Source of the DNA: an uncultured Bacteroidales bacterium
Lineage (GTDB): Bacteria > Bacteroidota > Bacteroidia > Bacteroidales > WCHB1-69
Assembly (NCBI GenBank): GCA_947165685.1
Contig: CAMVBK010000001.1
Location: 64,735 to 128,734, forward strand
Length of the DNA: 64,000 bases
Direction of reading: 5' to 3'
Shown: positions 45,090 through 53,684 of the stretch, in pieces
Layout: every line of letters starts with the position of its first letter
How positions within the stretch are numbered: position 1 is the stretch's first letter
Program-made: the position numbers and the translations under genes
The notes under the pieces: generated by a model
Database searches by the model: none
What the model was told of the DNA's origin: nothing
Seen by the model: only the letters and a program-made list of their open reading frames with translations

Positions 45090-46163
45090 ATGAATCAGAC
45101 CAAACCAACATACAAACAGCAAGGTAACGTCGGGCTTTTCGACAGCGACGAGACAATGGAGAATCTCAATGCGATGGGCAATCCTTTGGACAAACTCTCA
45201 AAAGCGGTTGATTTTGAGATGTTTAGAGACACTTTGGAGAGGGGGCTCTATAAGGAGAAGTTCACCAAGGTGGGCGCGAAACCGTATGACTGCGTGCTGA
45301 TGTTCAAGATCGTGGTGCTGCAGCGGATATATCATCTCAGCGACCCGCAGACGGAATACCAGATCCGCGACTTCCTCGGACTGGCCAGCGGCGACAAAGT
45401 GTCCGACGAGAAAACAATATGGGCTTTCAAGGAGGAATTGACAAAGAAAGGTCTTTTTGGGCAATTGTTCAATGAATTCTACGCTTTTCTGGAGGAGAAC
45501 AACCTGATCTTGCATGAGGGCACCATGATAGACGGGAGCTTCGTGGAGGCACCGCGCCAGCACAACACACGCGAAGAGAACAAAATAATCAAAGAAGACA
45601 GGGGCGGCGAGTTGTGGAATCCGGAAGAGGGCGACACCGAGGAGGAGAAGAGGCGCAAAGCCAACAAGAAAAGGCAGAAGGACACGGATGCCCGATGGGT
45701 GAAGAAGGGCGGCGAGAAGCATTTCGGCTACAAGAACCACACCGAGGTAGACAAGGGGAGCAAGTTCATCAAGAAAGGGGTGACCACCGATGCATCTGTT
45801 CATGATTCCAAGCCGGTGAAAGAGCTTGTGGATGAGAATGACAGGGGTGAGGATTTGTTCGCTGACAGTGCCTACATCGGCAAAGGGGTGAAGAGGGTGA
45901 TGCGGAAGTTCGGGATGAAGGACAAGGTGATCAAGCGGAACACCAGAGGCAAGAAAATCAGCAAATGGCAGGAGACCATCAACAGGAAGAACTCGAAGCT
46001 GCGCGTGAGGGTGGAACATGTGTTCGGATACATGGAAGAGTGCCTTCACGGAATGTCCAGCCGAGTGGTCGGCTTTGCGCGGAACGCGGCCTACAACACC
46101 CTGACAAACCTGGTCTACAACCTGTGCCGGTACGAGCAAGTATCACGGCTTGGGATGAATTAA
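45090..46163 (+). CDS. IS5-family DDE transposase
   Basis: N-terminal DUF772-like region (YDCVLMFKIVVLQRIYHLSDPQTEYQIRD). DDE_Tnp_1 region (IDGSFVEAPRQ ... FGYKNHTEVD ... LFADSAYIG ... RVRVEHVFGYM). Confidence 0.88.
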   Translation: MNQTKPTYKQQGNVGLFDSDETMENLNAMGNPLDKLSKAVDFEMFRDTLERGLYKEKFTKVGAKPYDCVLMFKIVVLQRIYHLSDPQTEYQIRDFLGLASGDKVSDEKTIWAFKEELTKKGLFGQLFNEFYAFLEENNLILHEGTMIDGSFVEAPRQHNTREENKIIKEDRGGELWNPEEGDTEEEKRRKANKKRQKDTDARWVKKGGEKHFGYKNHTEVDKGSKFIKKGVTTDASVHDSKPVKELVDENDRGEDLFADSAYIGKGVKRVMRKFGMKDKVIKRNTRGKKISKWQETINRKNSKLRVRVEHVFGYMEECLHGMSSRVVGFARNAAYNTLTNLVYNLCRYEQVSRLGMN

Positions 46164-46352
46164 CCAATTAAAAATCAAATAGTTGAACAAATATAGACAA
46201 AAAAATATTAACAAGCTGCAACCTTTTGGATTTTTTGCATCCTATGAATAGATAAAAGAATAAATTTTGCAGCGTTGTTTGCTTATCTTGATGTTTAACG
46301 GACTTCGCATCAAGGTCGGCGGCAACGCGAAGAAGTAAAAAATAGAAGTCCC

Positions 46353-46389
46353 CTAAGGTTTGTGTAGCTTGTTTACGGAGTAAAGTTAT
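46353..46389 (+). repeat. 37-bp direct repeat, copy 2 (right flank of IS, 4 nt before ATG 46394)
   Basis: Identical to 44870-44906. Confidence 0.95.
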
Positions 46390-46393
46390 AAAA

Positions 46394-48769
46394 ATGAATA
46401 TGATAATGAAAAAGATTGCAATCCAATTGGTTTTGATGATGCTGTGTGTTTCGCTTTCCGCGCAGACCACCTATTTTGTCTCCAACAGCGGCAACGACAG
46501 CAACGACGGCCTTTCGTGGACCACGGCCAAGGCCACTATCGACGGGGCGATGGCATTAATAACCTCACCTAACGACGACTCGGTGTTCGTGGCGACGGGC
46601 ACCTACCCGGCCTGCACCATTAAGAACGGTACGCATGTGTACGGCGGCTTCGCGGGTACGGAAAACCATCTCTATGAGCGGCAACCGCTCACTTACGGCA
46701 TCGCCGCCGACAGTTCCTGTACTATTATTGATGCACAACACGACAACAACTATGCCGTACAAATCAACAGCTACTTTCACTACAACGGCAGTTATCATTG
46801 CCGGGAAAACACTTTCGATGGTTTCTATGTGACAGGCGGCAATCAGTACGGCATCCGCGACGTGGCAAACAATACCCACACGATTTCGAATTGTACTATG
46901 ACTGGAAATGCCTGCGGTTTGTATTTGGGAATGTCATATTCCAACTCATACTACAATGCCACGTTTCAAGTTTCGGACTGCAAGATTTATGGAAACACAT
47001 TGAGCGGCGGTGTCCGGATGTACAGCGGCAGCCAAAGTTATGGGGCCACCTACGAGTTCAACAACTGTGAAATTACAGGAAACACGGGCAGTCAATGCGG
47101 TGGAATATGGTTCGATGCAAACTACACGACGCCATACAATACGGTCGTTGTCAAAAACTGTGACATCACGAAAAACACCGCTTCGGGATTGGACGCCAAG
47201 GCTGGCGGCCTGCTGACGCAAGCCAACGATTTTCTTTATACTCCAACGAGAAACGAATGGCAGATTATCAACTCGCGTATCATTGACAACACGGTTTACA
47301 CTACCGCCACCATCGCCAGCACAAGCGGTAGCCGGCCATATATCGCCGGAGGTGTCAGCGTTTTCACTCATCCCGCGCACATTATCGGCTGTGTGATTGC
47401 CAACAACAGCGCCATTTCTACCGAAGGCATTGATGTGACCGGCGGTGTGGTTACCTATTCGTACGCTACATCATCGGGAGGACCTTCCAGCGGAAACCCC
47501 GTAGGAAGGATGTATATGGCAAACTGCGTGGTTGCCAACAATCTGGCACAGACCAGCCATGCCGACGGCACAGGTGGTATTCGCACCACTTCCGCCGCCA
47601 CCGTCAAGAACACGGTGATTTACAGCAACAAACGGAACAGCGAGTTTTCACAGTTGAGCTACAGCGCAAACCATACATTCCCATACAGCTATTGCGCCGC
47701 CAATCACATAGACGCCGCCAACGACTTCTCCGCCGACAGTACTAATTTTGTCTTGGATACGGCCACTCTGCCGCAGTTCGTGTCTCCTTCGTCCATGGTG
47801 GGTGCCTCCTCCATTGCCACGGATCTGTCAAACCTCAACGCAGACTGGCACGTGATGCCCAATTCGCCGTTGATTGACGCGGGCGACCCGAACACGGCAT
47901 TCATCACCTACCTGCCCGCCACCGACATGGACGGCAACCCGCGCATCGGCAACAACCGTGCCGACATCGGGGCTTACGAGCTTTCCAACACCACCTTCAA
48001 CCAGAGCATCACGTGGAATCAGGACCTCACCGCCGACCTCTCCGACGGCACACTGACCCTTAACGCCACGGCCACCTCCGGACTTCCCGTAACATACACC
48101 TGTAACAACGAAGACATCGCCACTGTGAACGGCAATGTGCTTACGTTTCATGGTGCCGGCTATGCCATTGTCACTGCCTCGCAGCCAGGCAATGCCACCT
48201 GGAACGCCGCTGCAGATGTCTCAAAGATTCTCACCGTGACAAGCAGCACTTCCGACCTGCAGCCGCAAAGCATCCTCTGGAATCAGGAGCTCACCTTCCC
48301 GCTGAGCGATGAGCCTGTAGTGCTGGCCGCAGCCGCCACCTCCGGACTGCCCGTGCAGTTCACAAGCAGCGACGAGAGTGTGGCTACGGTTAACGGCAGT
48401 ATCTTGACGATGCACAGCGTGGGCTTGGCCATCATCACGGCCTCGCAGCCAGGCAACGACGAGTATGCCCCCGCACAAAATGTGATGAAGATTCTCAATG
48501 TGACGGAACCGGTAGAGGTCGAAACGTACGATGCGTTGCAGGTGACGGTCTCGCCGAATCCGTCGAATTCGATTTTCAAGGTGGATGGGGCGATGGAGAA
48601 TGGGGATTTCCATGTCTGCGACATGTATGGCAAGGATGTTATGTCTGGTCGCTTGGATAACAGCAATGCGGTCGTTGACATGTCAGCGTTCCCTGCCGGG
48701 ATGTATTTCCTTCGTTTGCGCTTTTCCGACGGACAGACCGTGACGGTGAAGCTCATGAAGGCTGAGTAG
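46394..48769 (+). CDS. T9SS-secreted surface protein: right-handed beta-helix region, two Ig-like repeats, type A C-terminal sorting domain
   Basis: Signal peptide. Repetitive NxxI/V..N..GG beta-helix-like turns. Two 88-aa repeats. C-terminal VSPNPSNSIFKV...MYFLRLRFSDGQTVTVKLMK resembles a T9SS CTD. Confidence 0.8.
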   Translation: MNMIMKKIAIQLVLMMLCVSLSAQTTYFVSNSGNDSNDGLSWTTAKATIDGAMALITSPNDDSVFVATGTYPACTIKNGTHVYGGFAGTENHLYERQPLTYGIAADSSCTIIDAQHDNNYAVQINSYFHYNGSYHCRENTFDGFYVTGGNQYGIRDVANNTHTISNCTMTGNACGLYLGMSYSNSYYNATFQVSDCKIYGNTLSGGVRMYSGSQSYGATYEFNNCEITGNTGSQCGGIWFDANYTTPYNTVVVKNCDITKNTASGLDAKAGGLLTQANDFLYTPTRNEWQIINSRIIDNTVYTTATIASTSGSRPYIAGGVSVFTHPAHIIGCVIANNSAISTEGIDVTGGVVTYSYATSSGGPSSGNPVGRMYMANCVVANNLAQTSHADGTGGIRTTSAATVKNTVIYSNKRNSEFSQLSYSANHTFPYSYCAANHIDAANDFSADSTNFVLDTATLPQFVSPSSMVGASSIATDLSNLNADWHVMPNSPLIDAGDPNTAFITYLPATDMDGNPRIGNNRADIGAYELSNTTFNQSITWNQDLTADLSDGTLTLNATATSGLPVTYTCNNEDIATVNGNVLTFHGAGYAIVTASQPGNATWNAAADVSKILTVTSSTSDLQPQSILWNQELTFPLSDEPVVLAAAATSGLPVQFTSSDESVATVNGSILTMHSVGLAIITASQPGNDEYAPAQNVMKILNVTEPVEVETYDALQVTVSPNPSNSIFKVDGAMENGDFHVCDMYGKDVMSGRLDNSNAVVDMSAFPAGMYFLRLRFSDGQTVTVKLMKAE
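48008..48520 (+). repeat. tandem duplication of an ~88-aa Ig-like (Big_2-like) module inside the CDS
   Basis: ITWNQDLTADLSDG...ATSGLPVTYT...VNGNVLTF...ASQPGNATWNAA versus ILWNQELTFPLSDE...ATSGLPVQFT...VNGSILTM...ASQPGNDEYAPA. Period 264 bp. Confidence 0.85.
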
Positions 48770-49409
48770 CCGATTGTGTGGTTCGATAGGTGAATCGGTC
48801 GAACTTTCTGAATTCCAACTTAGAAAGCCGTTCCATACTACGTTCTACATTTTCTTCGGTGTTGAATACCGGGATGATTGGGGTGCGCAGAATGACGTGC
48901 TCGCGGTCGTAGTTTGTGGCAAGCCACTTCAGGTTTTCCCACACTTGTGCGTTCGATTTTCCCGTGTAGGCGGTGTAAATCCTGTCGTCAGCGTCCTTGA
49001 TGTCGATGATGAAGTCGTTGGTGATGGATGCGATTGTTTGCAGGGAAGTTAGTGGTACGTTCAGCGAGGTCTCCACGGTGATTTTCCAGCGTTCGGCGCA
49101 GAGGGCGTGGAATTGGCGGATGAACTTGGGGCGGAGCAGCGGTTCGCCGCCGCCGAAGCAAACGCCGCCGCCTGTGGCCACAAAGTAGAGGTCGTCGATG
49201 CGTAGCTGCTGGTAGAGGCTTTCCGGCGTGAAGCGACGGACAGGGGCATCGGCATTTAGGCAAGCGGGGTTAAGACAGTAGTGGCACCGCAACGGACAGC
49301 CGTGGAAGGCCGCCAACGTGGTCACACCCTCGCCATCCACCCCGATACGGTGGCGGCTAATGCCGATGAAGGGAGCCTCGTCAGTGTTTCGTGCCGTATT
49401 ATCTGTCAT
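48753..49409 (-). CDS. small radical SAM protein, glycyl-radical-enzyme-activase-like (YjjW/PflA-like)
   Basis: GCPLRCHYCLNP CxxxCxxC motif and GGGEPLL SAM-binding motif. 218 aa. The ATG overlaps the stop of the upstream C10 gene (ATGA at 49406-49409). Confidence 0.75.
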   Translation of the reverse strand: MTDNTARNTDEAPFIGISRHRIGVDGEGVTTLAAFHGCPLRCHYCLNPACLNADAPVRRFTPESLYQQLRIDDLYFVATGGGVCFGGGEPLLRPKFIRQFHALCAERWKITVETSLNVPLTSLQTIASITNDFIIDIKDADDRIYTAYTGKSNAQVWENLKWLATNYDREHVILRTPIIPVFNTEENVERSMERLSKLEFRKFDRFTYRTTQSATQPS

Positions 49410-52288
49410 TCTTTATGTTTTCGTATAACTACCTTCTTTACAGTTCGGTTGCCAAGACGTACAAAATAGAGACCAGAAGAGCTTACTTCGAACACATTGC
49501 GGCTGTGGAGGTCTTGCGTTTTGCAGGCGATGATTCTGCCAGTGAGGTCGATAATTTCTACGTTGATTCCCTCAGCGTTCTCCACCACAATCTGGCGGTC
49601 GTGGCTATAAACGTGAACTTGTGGGAATGCCAGGTCGTCAATTCCGATGGTGGACTGGAATTCAGCGATAAAGGTGATGTCGTTGAGAACGATAATGTCT
49701 CTCGGATTGTTTGTGTCCCCGTCGTTCCATTGGGTGAAAATGTGGTTTTGGCGGGGGATTGCCTCAATTCGGACCTCAGTGCCGAAGTCGTAGGTGCCTC
49801 CGCCTGTTGCGTAGCCCATGTTGTTGTCGGCAGACAAAACCGTGACGCTGTACTGTTGCGGAGGCTCGACGGTATTGGACAGCAGGATTCGTATCATCCA
49901 GGTGAGGTCGAAGCCAAAGTCCCTGGCCGACCCCCAGTAGGAGCCGTTAGAGGACAGCCAGGAGCCGTCGGGGTTGCCGGCGTAGTGGCTGCCCGTGGCG
50001 GGGTGCGCTACACCGTTGGTGCTGAAGGTGACCCATAGGGGCTGGGTATGGTCAATGAAGACGGCAGTGTCCAGTTCGATTTCCCGCCAGTCGCCGGATC
50101 CGTAAAGCTGGCAAGTCTGCGAAACAATTATGTTTTCCGGCGATGAGGTGCCGCCTTGGTGGATGCGCAGTTCATAGTTGCCGGGCTCGTTGTCCCAAAG
50201 GCGGATGGCGGTGATGGAGTCGTAGGGAGAAAGGGTTCCCGAGGGGAATCGGACACCCCAATAGACGGTGGTGCCAGCGCCGATGCTGTTGGCCATCTCT
50301 CCGTTGTCGTAATGACGCTCGTAGTCGCCGAGGTTGTCGAACAGGGCGGTGTAGAGGATGTTGGCGGTCACCGTGACGGGGCGTGGGTTTTGGGTATTGC
50401 CGTCGCTCCAGCCGGTGAATCGGTAGCCGCTGTTGGCCGTTGCTTGTAACGTGGTGCTTGTCCCGTCCTCAAACACGCCGCCGCCGGTGGCAGATCCCAT
50501 TACGCTGCTGTTGGAGACCACGGTGACGGTGAACGGACCTTGCGGCTGTGTGGTGTCGCAGGGTTGCGCAACCGTGTAGATACCGGATGGATTGTTGGCG
50601 ATGTTGAGCAGTGTGTCGCCGCTGTTGTTATAGAGGATGAAAGCACATTCTTGATCGTAAGATCCTGTATTCCAAGTTATAAGTAGCTCTGATGGACATA
50701 CGTCAAACGTTTGGGCTGTGGAACCTTCCGTGCAAGTGAAGGTGCCATACGTATAGCCGCTTGCCGAGCTGACGGAAAGAGAAGCTCCGTTCCAGCCGTC
50801 GCCGTAGGTGTCGTTCATCTGTAGGGTGACGGTGCATTGGTCAGAAACGGCGCATTCATTCTGGACCACTTGAATGGATGCGGTCTGCGTGCCTTGGGTG
50901 ATAGTGATGACCGCTGTCCGGATGCCGCCTGTGTTGTTAGGGGCGGCTGTGGCCGTCACGGTGACAGAGCCTGTTGACGGGTTGCCAGAGGTAGGGGTGA
51001 TGGTCAGCCAGGGTTCATTGCAGGATGCCAGCCAATTCGATGCGTTGGCGTTGTTCGGCGTGATAAGGAAGGAGGTGCTTCCGCCTTCTTGTTCGAATGT
51101 GAGCGAATGGGGATAGCAGGTGAGCAGGCCGTTGGGCTCAATGCCCACGATGACGGCGATGTTGCTGCTGAAATTGTAGCCGTTATTGCCGCCGGTGCCG
51201 CCCGCGCCCGGGTTCAGGGCATTGTGGGCGAAGTAGCCGTCCATGTAGCCGCTCCAACCCCAGTTGATGTGGAACATTCCATTGTTGTCGTAGCCGTCAC
51301 ACACGAAAGCGTGCCCGCCGCCATCGCCGTCGCCGCGTTCCAGCACCGGCCGGCCAGCGTCGATTTCGGTGGTGAGGGTGGAGATCCAGTTGGCATCTGA
51401 TGTCTGGCTTTTGTAAACCCCGTGTAGGGAACCCTTATAGCGGAAGTAGTTCTTCAATGCGTTCTCGCCGCAGGCCAGGAACGGAAACCCGTACGAATTG
51501 AGGGTGGCGGCGCTGCCGTTGATGCCATATTGCATCTCCACGGCCACCCCGATGTGGTAGATCAGGGTCGCCACGGCGTTTACCTGCGTGGCGGTGCTGC
51601 CGAAGTTCAGTGTATTTGGCATATTGGCCCAGTCGTAGGTGGTGGAGCCGAAATCGGCAGACAGCGGTCCGAAGGTCGCGTCCGTATAGTTGTGCGAGCC
51701 GTTGCCGGTGACCGGCCAGTTCCAGTATTTCATCAGCTGTGCGACGGAGGTGGCCACGCATCCCGCCACGGCATGGGTGCCGGCTGAGTCGGGACAAAGA
51801 TTGTTGTAGTAAGGACTTTGGTCCCAGGTAGTGGTTAATAGCGGTGCGACTGACGTGGTAGCGAGTGCGGCATAGTTTCCTTGCAAAAGTGAGCTCCAAA
51901 GTTGCTCGATAGTTTCTGTAGCGGGTGTTTGTTGGCTTTTGTGGAAGGCGATTTCCCGTTCGTACTCTTGCAGGAAAAAGAGGATGTGGTCGGGTAGGGG
52001 AGTTCTGGCTTCGTTGGTGGTGGAGTATCCTAAAACGGGCTGGACACAGTTGTCGGCCGCGATGATGACAAATCCTTTCCCTTCCGTGTTTTTGAAAAGG
52101 TAGAACTCGTGAAAGTCTGTGTCTGGGGTGATGTCAGCCCATCGTGCGGATAATCCTGGGGCGACTGAGGTCCAGAAATTTGTAGCAATTTGTTGTGCAG
52201 TGGCGCGGTCAACGGGCGAAGCGAATGTCGTGAAATTGAAGATGAACAAGTATGTCCCTAAAAACAGTAATGTGCGTGCTATTTTCAT
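49406..52288 (-). CDS. C10-family (streptopain/interpain/PrtT-like) cysteine peptidase with T9SS C-terminal sorting domain
   Basis: Signal peptide MKIARTLLFLGTYLFIFNFTTFA and Spi-inhibitor-like propeptide. Catalytic Cys context AGCVATSVAQLMKYW. His context GGHAFVCDGYDNNGMFHINWGWSG. Two Listeria-Bacteroides-type repeats. CTD-like tail. Confidence 0.88.
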   Translation of the reverse strand: MKIARTLLFLGTYLFIFNFTTFASPVDRATAQQIATNFWTSVAPGLSARWADITPDTDFHEFYLFKNTEGKGFVIIAADNCVQPVLGYSTTNEARTPLPDHILFFLQEYEREIAFHKSQQTPATETIEQLWSSLLQGNYAALATTSVAPLLTTTWDQSPYYNNLCPDSAGTHAVAGCVATSVAQLMKYWNWPVTGNGSHNYTDATFGPLSADFGSTTYDWANMPNTLNFGSTATQVNAVATLIYHIGVAVEMQYGINGSAATLNSYGFPFLACGENALKNYFRYKGSLHGVYKSQTSDANWISTLTTEIDAGRPVLERGDGDGGGHAFVCDGYDNNGMFHINWGWSGYMDGYFAHNALNPGAGGTGGNNGYNFSSNIAVIVGIEPNGLLTCYPHSLTFEQEGGSTSFLITPNNANASNWLASCNEPWLTITPTSGNPSTGSVTVTATAAPNNTGGIRTAVITITQGTQTASIQVVQNECAVSDQCTVTLQMNDTYGDGWNGASLSVSSASGYTYGTFTCTEGSTAQTFDVCPSELLITWNTGSYDQECAFILYNNSGDTLLNIANNPSGIYTVAQPCDTTQPQGPFTVTVVSNSSVMGSATGGGVFEDGTSTTLQATANSGYRFTGWSDGNTQNPRPVTVTANILYTALFDNLGDYERHYDNGEMANSIGAGTTVYWGVRFPSGTLSPYDSITAIRLWDNEPGNYELRIHQGGTSSPENIIVSQTCQLYGSGDWREIELDTAVFIDHTQPLWVTFSTNGVAHPATGSHYAGNPDGSWLSSNGSYWGSARDFGFDLTWMIRILLSNTVEPPQQYSVTVLSADNNMGYATGGGTYDFGTEVRIEAIPRQNHIFTQWNDGDTNNPRDIIVLNDITFIAEFQSTIGIDDLAFPQVHVYSHDRQIVVENAEGINVEIIDLTGRIIACKTQDLHSRNVFEVSSSGLYFVRLGNRTVKKVVIRKHKE

Positions 52289-52311
52289 ATAAAAGATGTT
52301 TAAAAACGGCG

Positions 52312-52319
52312 CAAAGGTA
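52312..52319 (-). promoter_or_regulatory. -7 promoter box (TACCTTTG on minus strand)
   Basis: 24 nt upstream of ATG 52288. Confidence 0.45.
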
Positions 52320-52393
52320 CATAAATTTTGTATAGAAAAACAAAATTGCTTAATATTTTTCAAAAAGCAGTTGTTTTAATTTCTGGTTCCGTT

Positions 52394-53506
52394 CTAATCT
52401 TCCGTCAATGTTTCCAAAAACGCCTTCAAATCGGCAATCTCACTGGGGGTAAGGCGTACGCCGCCATCGTTGACGTGGTGCATTAATGGGCTGATGGTCG
52501 GGGAATTCTGCACTTCGGAATTGTAAAAGGCCAGCACTTCGTCTAAGGTTTTGAAGCGGCCGTCGTGCATGTAGGGCGCAGATTTGGTGACGTTCCGCAG
52601 CGACGGGGCGCGGTAAGCACCTTTGTCGTGCGGGTCACCCGTAACGTTGGCGCGGTCGTGATTATCTGTCGGCTGTGCATACAACCCGTTGTTATAGAAG
52701 AGGTTCGTGGTGAAGAGCGGGCTTCCGCCGCTGCCATGACAGTGGAAACAGTCGGCACCCTCTTCGGTGGTGAAGAGAACATAGCCGTGCAGCTCCTGGG
52801 CGGTGAGTTGCTCCTCGCCGCGCAGGTAGCGGTCGAATTTGGTGTCGCCGGAAACGAGCGAGCGCACGTACTGCGCGATGGCTTTTTGGATGCGTTCCAT
52901 CGTGATTTCTTCAGTGCCAAAGGCTTTCTTGAACAGCGGAGGGTATTTGCCGTCGGCTTTGATGGCGGCCACGGCACCTGCCTCTGTGCCGCACATTTCG
53001 TCGTCCGCAGTGATGGCCATCAGCACGATGTCCTCGATGGTGCGTTGCTTCGGATTCGGGTTGTCCTTGGAAATCAGTCCGTTCCAAAAGTATCCCTCGT
53101 GGTTGAAGACGAGGTTGACCAGTGGCATGGCGTTGTGGATGGTGGGTTTCCCTGTGGTGCGGCCGCGCGGCTTCCCGTCGGGGAAACGCGGGTTGTCACT
53201 GCCGAGATCGTAGTTGCATTCGCGGCGGTGGCAGGTGGCGCACGACATCAGCAAGTCGGGCTCCGTGCCGGTGTAGCCACAGAGGTGCGGGTCGTGGAAG
53301 AGCAGCTCTCCGAGTTCCACCCCTTCCACCGTCATCGGGTTGTCGGCGGGGATGTTTAGCGCCGTCGGGAATCCCTTCGGAACCGGAATGTCGTAGGGGG
53401 TGGGCGGTTCGACGCGTTCGCGGCAGGCGGCGCTAAGGAACAGGAGGATGAGGAAAACGCAGAGACACTTTAATTTTGTGCGGATGCTTGGCTTTTGTCG
53501 AGGCAT
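52394..53506 (-). CDS. di-haem cytochrome c peroxidase (CCP/MauG family), lipoprotein
   Basis: Two CxxCH motifs (CATCH, CFHCH). Lipobox LFLSAAC after MPRQKPS. Alternative upstream ATG at 53590 lies 25 nt from the -7 box. Confidence 0.85.
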   Translation of the reverse strand: MPRQKPSIRTKLKCLCVFLILLFLSAACRERVEPPTPYDIPVPKGFPTALNIPADNPMTVEGVELGELLFHDPHLCGYTGTEPDLLMSCATCHRRECNYDLGSDNPRFPDGKPRGRTTGKPTIHNAMPLVNLVFNHEGYFWNGLISKDNPNPKQRTIEDIVLMAITADDEMCGTEAGAVAAIKADGKYPPLFKKAFGTEEITMERIQKAIAQYVRSLVSGDTKFDRYLRGEEQLTAQELHGYVLFTTEEGADCFHCHGSGGSPLFTTNLFYNNGLYAQPTDNHDRANVTGDPHDKGAYRAPSLRNVTKSAPYMHDGRFKTLDEVLAFYNSEVQNSPTISPLMHHVNDGGVRLTPSEIADLKAFLETLTED

Positions 53507-53614
53507 GGATGCTTTTCCCGCTGTGGTTTCAGTCTTGGCCACGCTCAAATCCAGATGGATGACAGGGTGTCGGCTTGTCGCGGTATTCATCGTTCTTGGT
53601 TTTAAATGCCGCCG

Positions 53615-53622
53615 CAAAAATA
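53615..53622 (-). promoter_or_regulatory. -7 promoter box (TATTTTTG on minus strand)
   Basis: In the divergent spacer, upstream of the ccp gene. Confidence 0.4.
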
Positions 53623-53667
53623 ATGAAATTTTCCGCATTATACCGCTCACACTATTTTGTTTTTTCC

Positions 53668-53675
53668 TATTTTTG
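53668..53675 (+). promoter_or_regulatory. -7 promoter box (TATTTTTG)
   Basis: 10 nt upstream of ATG 53685 (ATG 53700 is an alternative start). Confidence 0.4.
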
Positions 53676-53684
53676 CGCCGTATT

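Larger units (their letters stand above)
44907..46352 (+). mobile_element. IS5-family insertion sequence (~1.45 kb)
   Basis: Single DDE transposase ORF. Imperfect terminal inverted repeats GGGGATCTCTAATTATTTC / GGGGACTTCTATTTTTTAC (14 of 19). Bounded by the 37-bp direct repeats. Boundary is ambiguous by 1 nt. Confidence 0.8.

Noticed and set aside
46168-46470. 100-aa minus-strand ORF spanning the IS right end, the 37-bp repeat and the start of the cargo gene.
   Set aside because: It crosses an IS boundary and overlaps the signal-peptide region of a well-supported gene. The product is hydrophobic, low-complexity and AT-driven.
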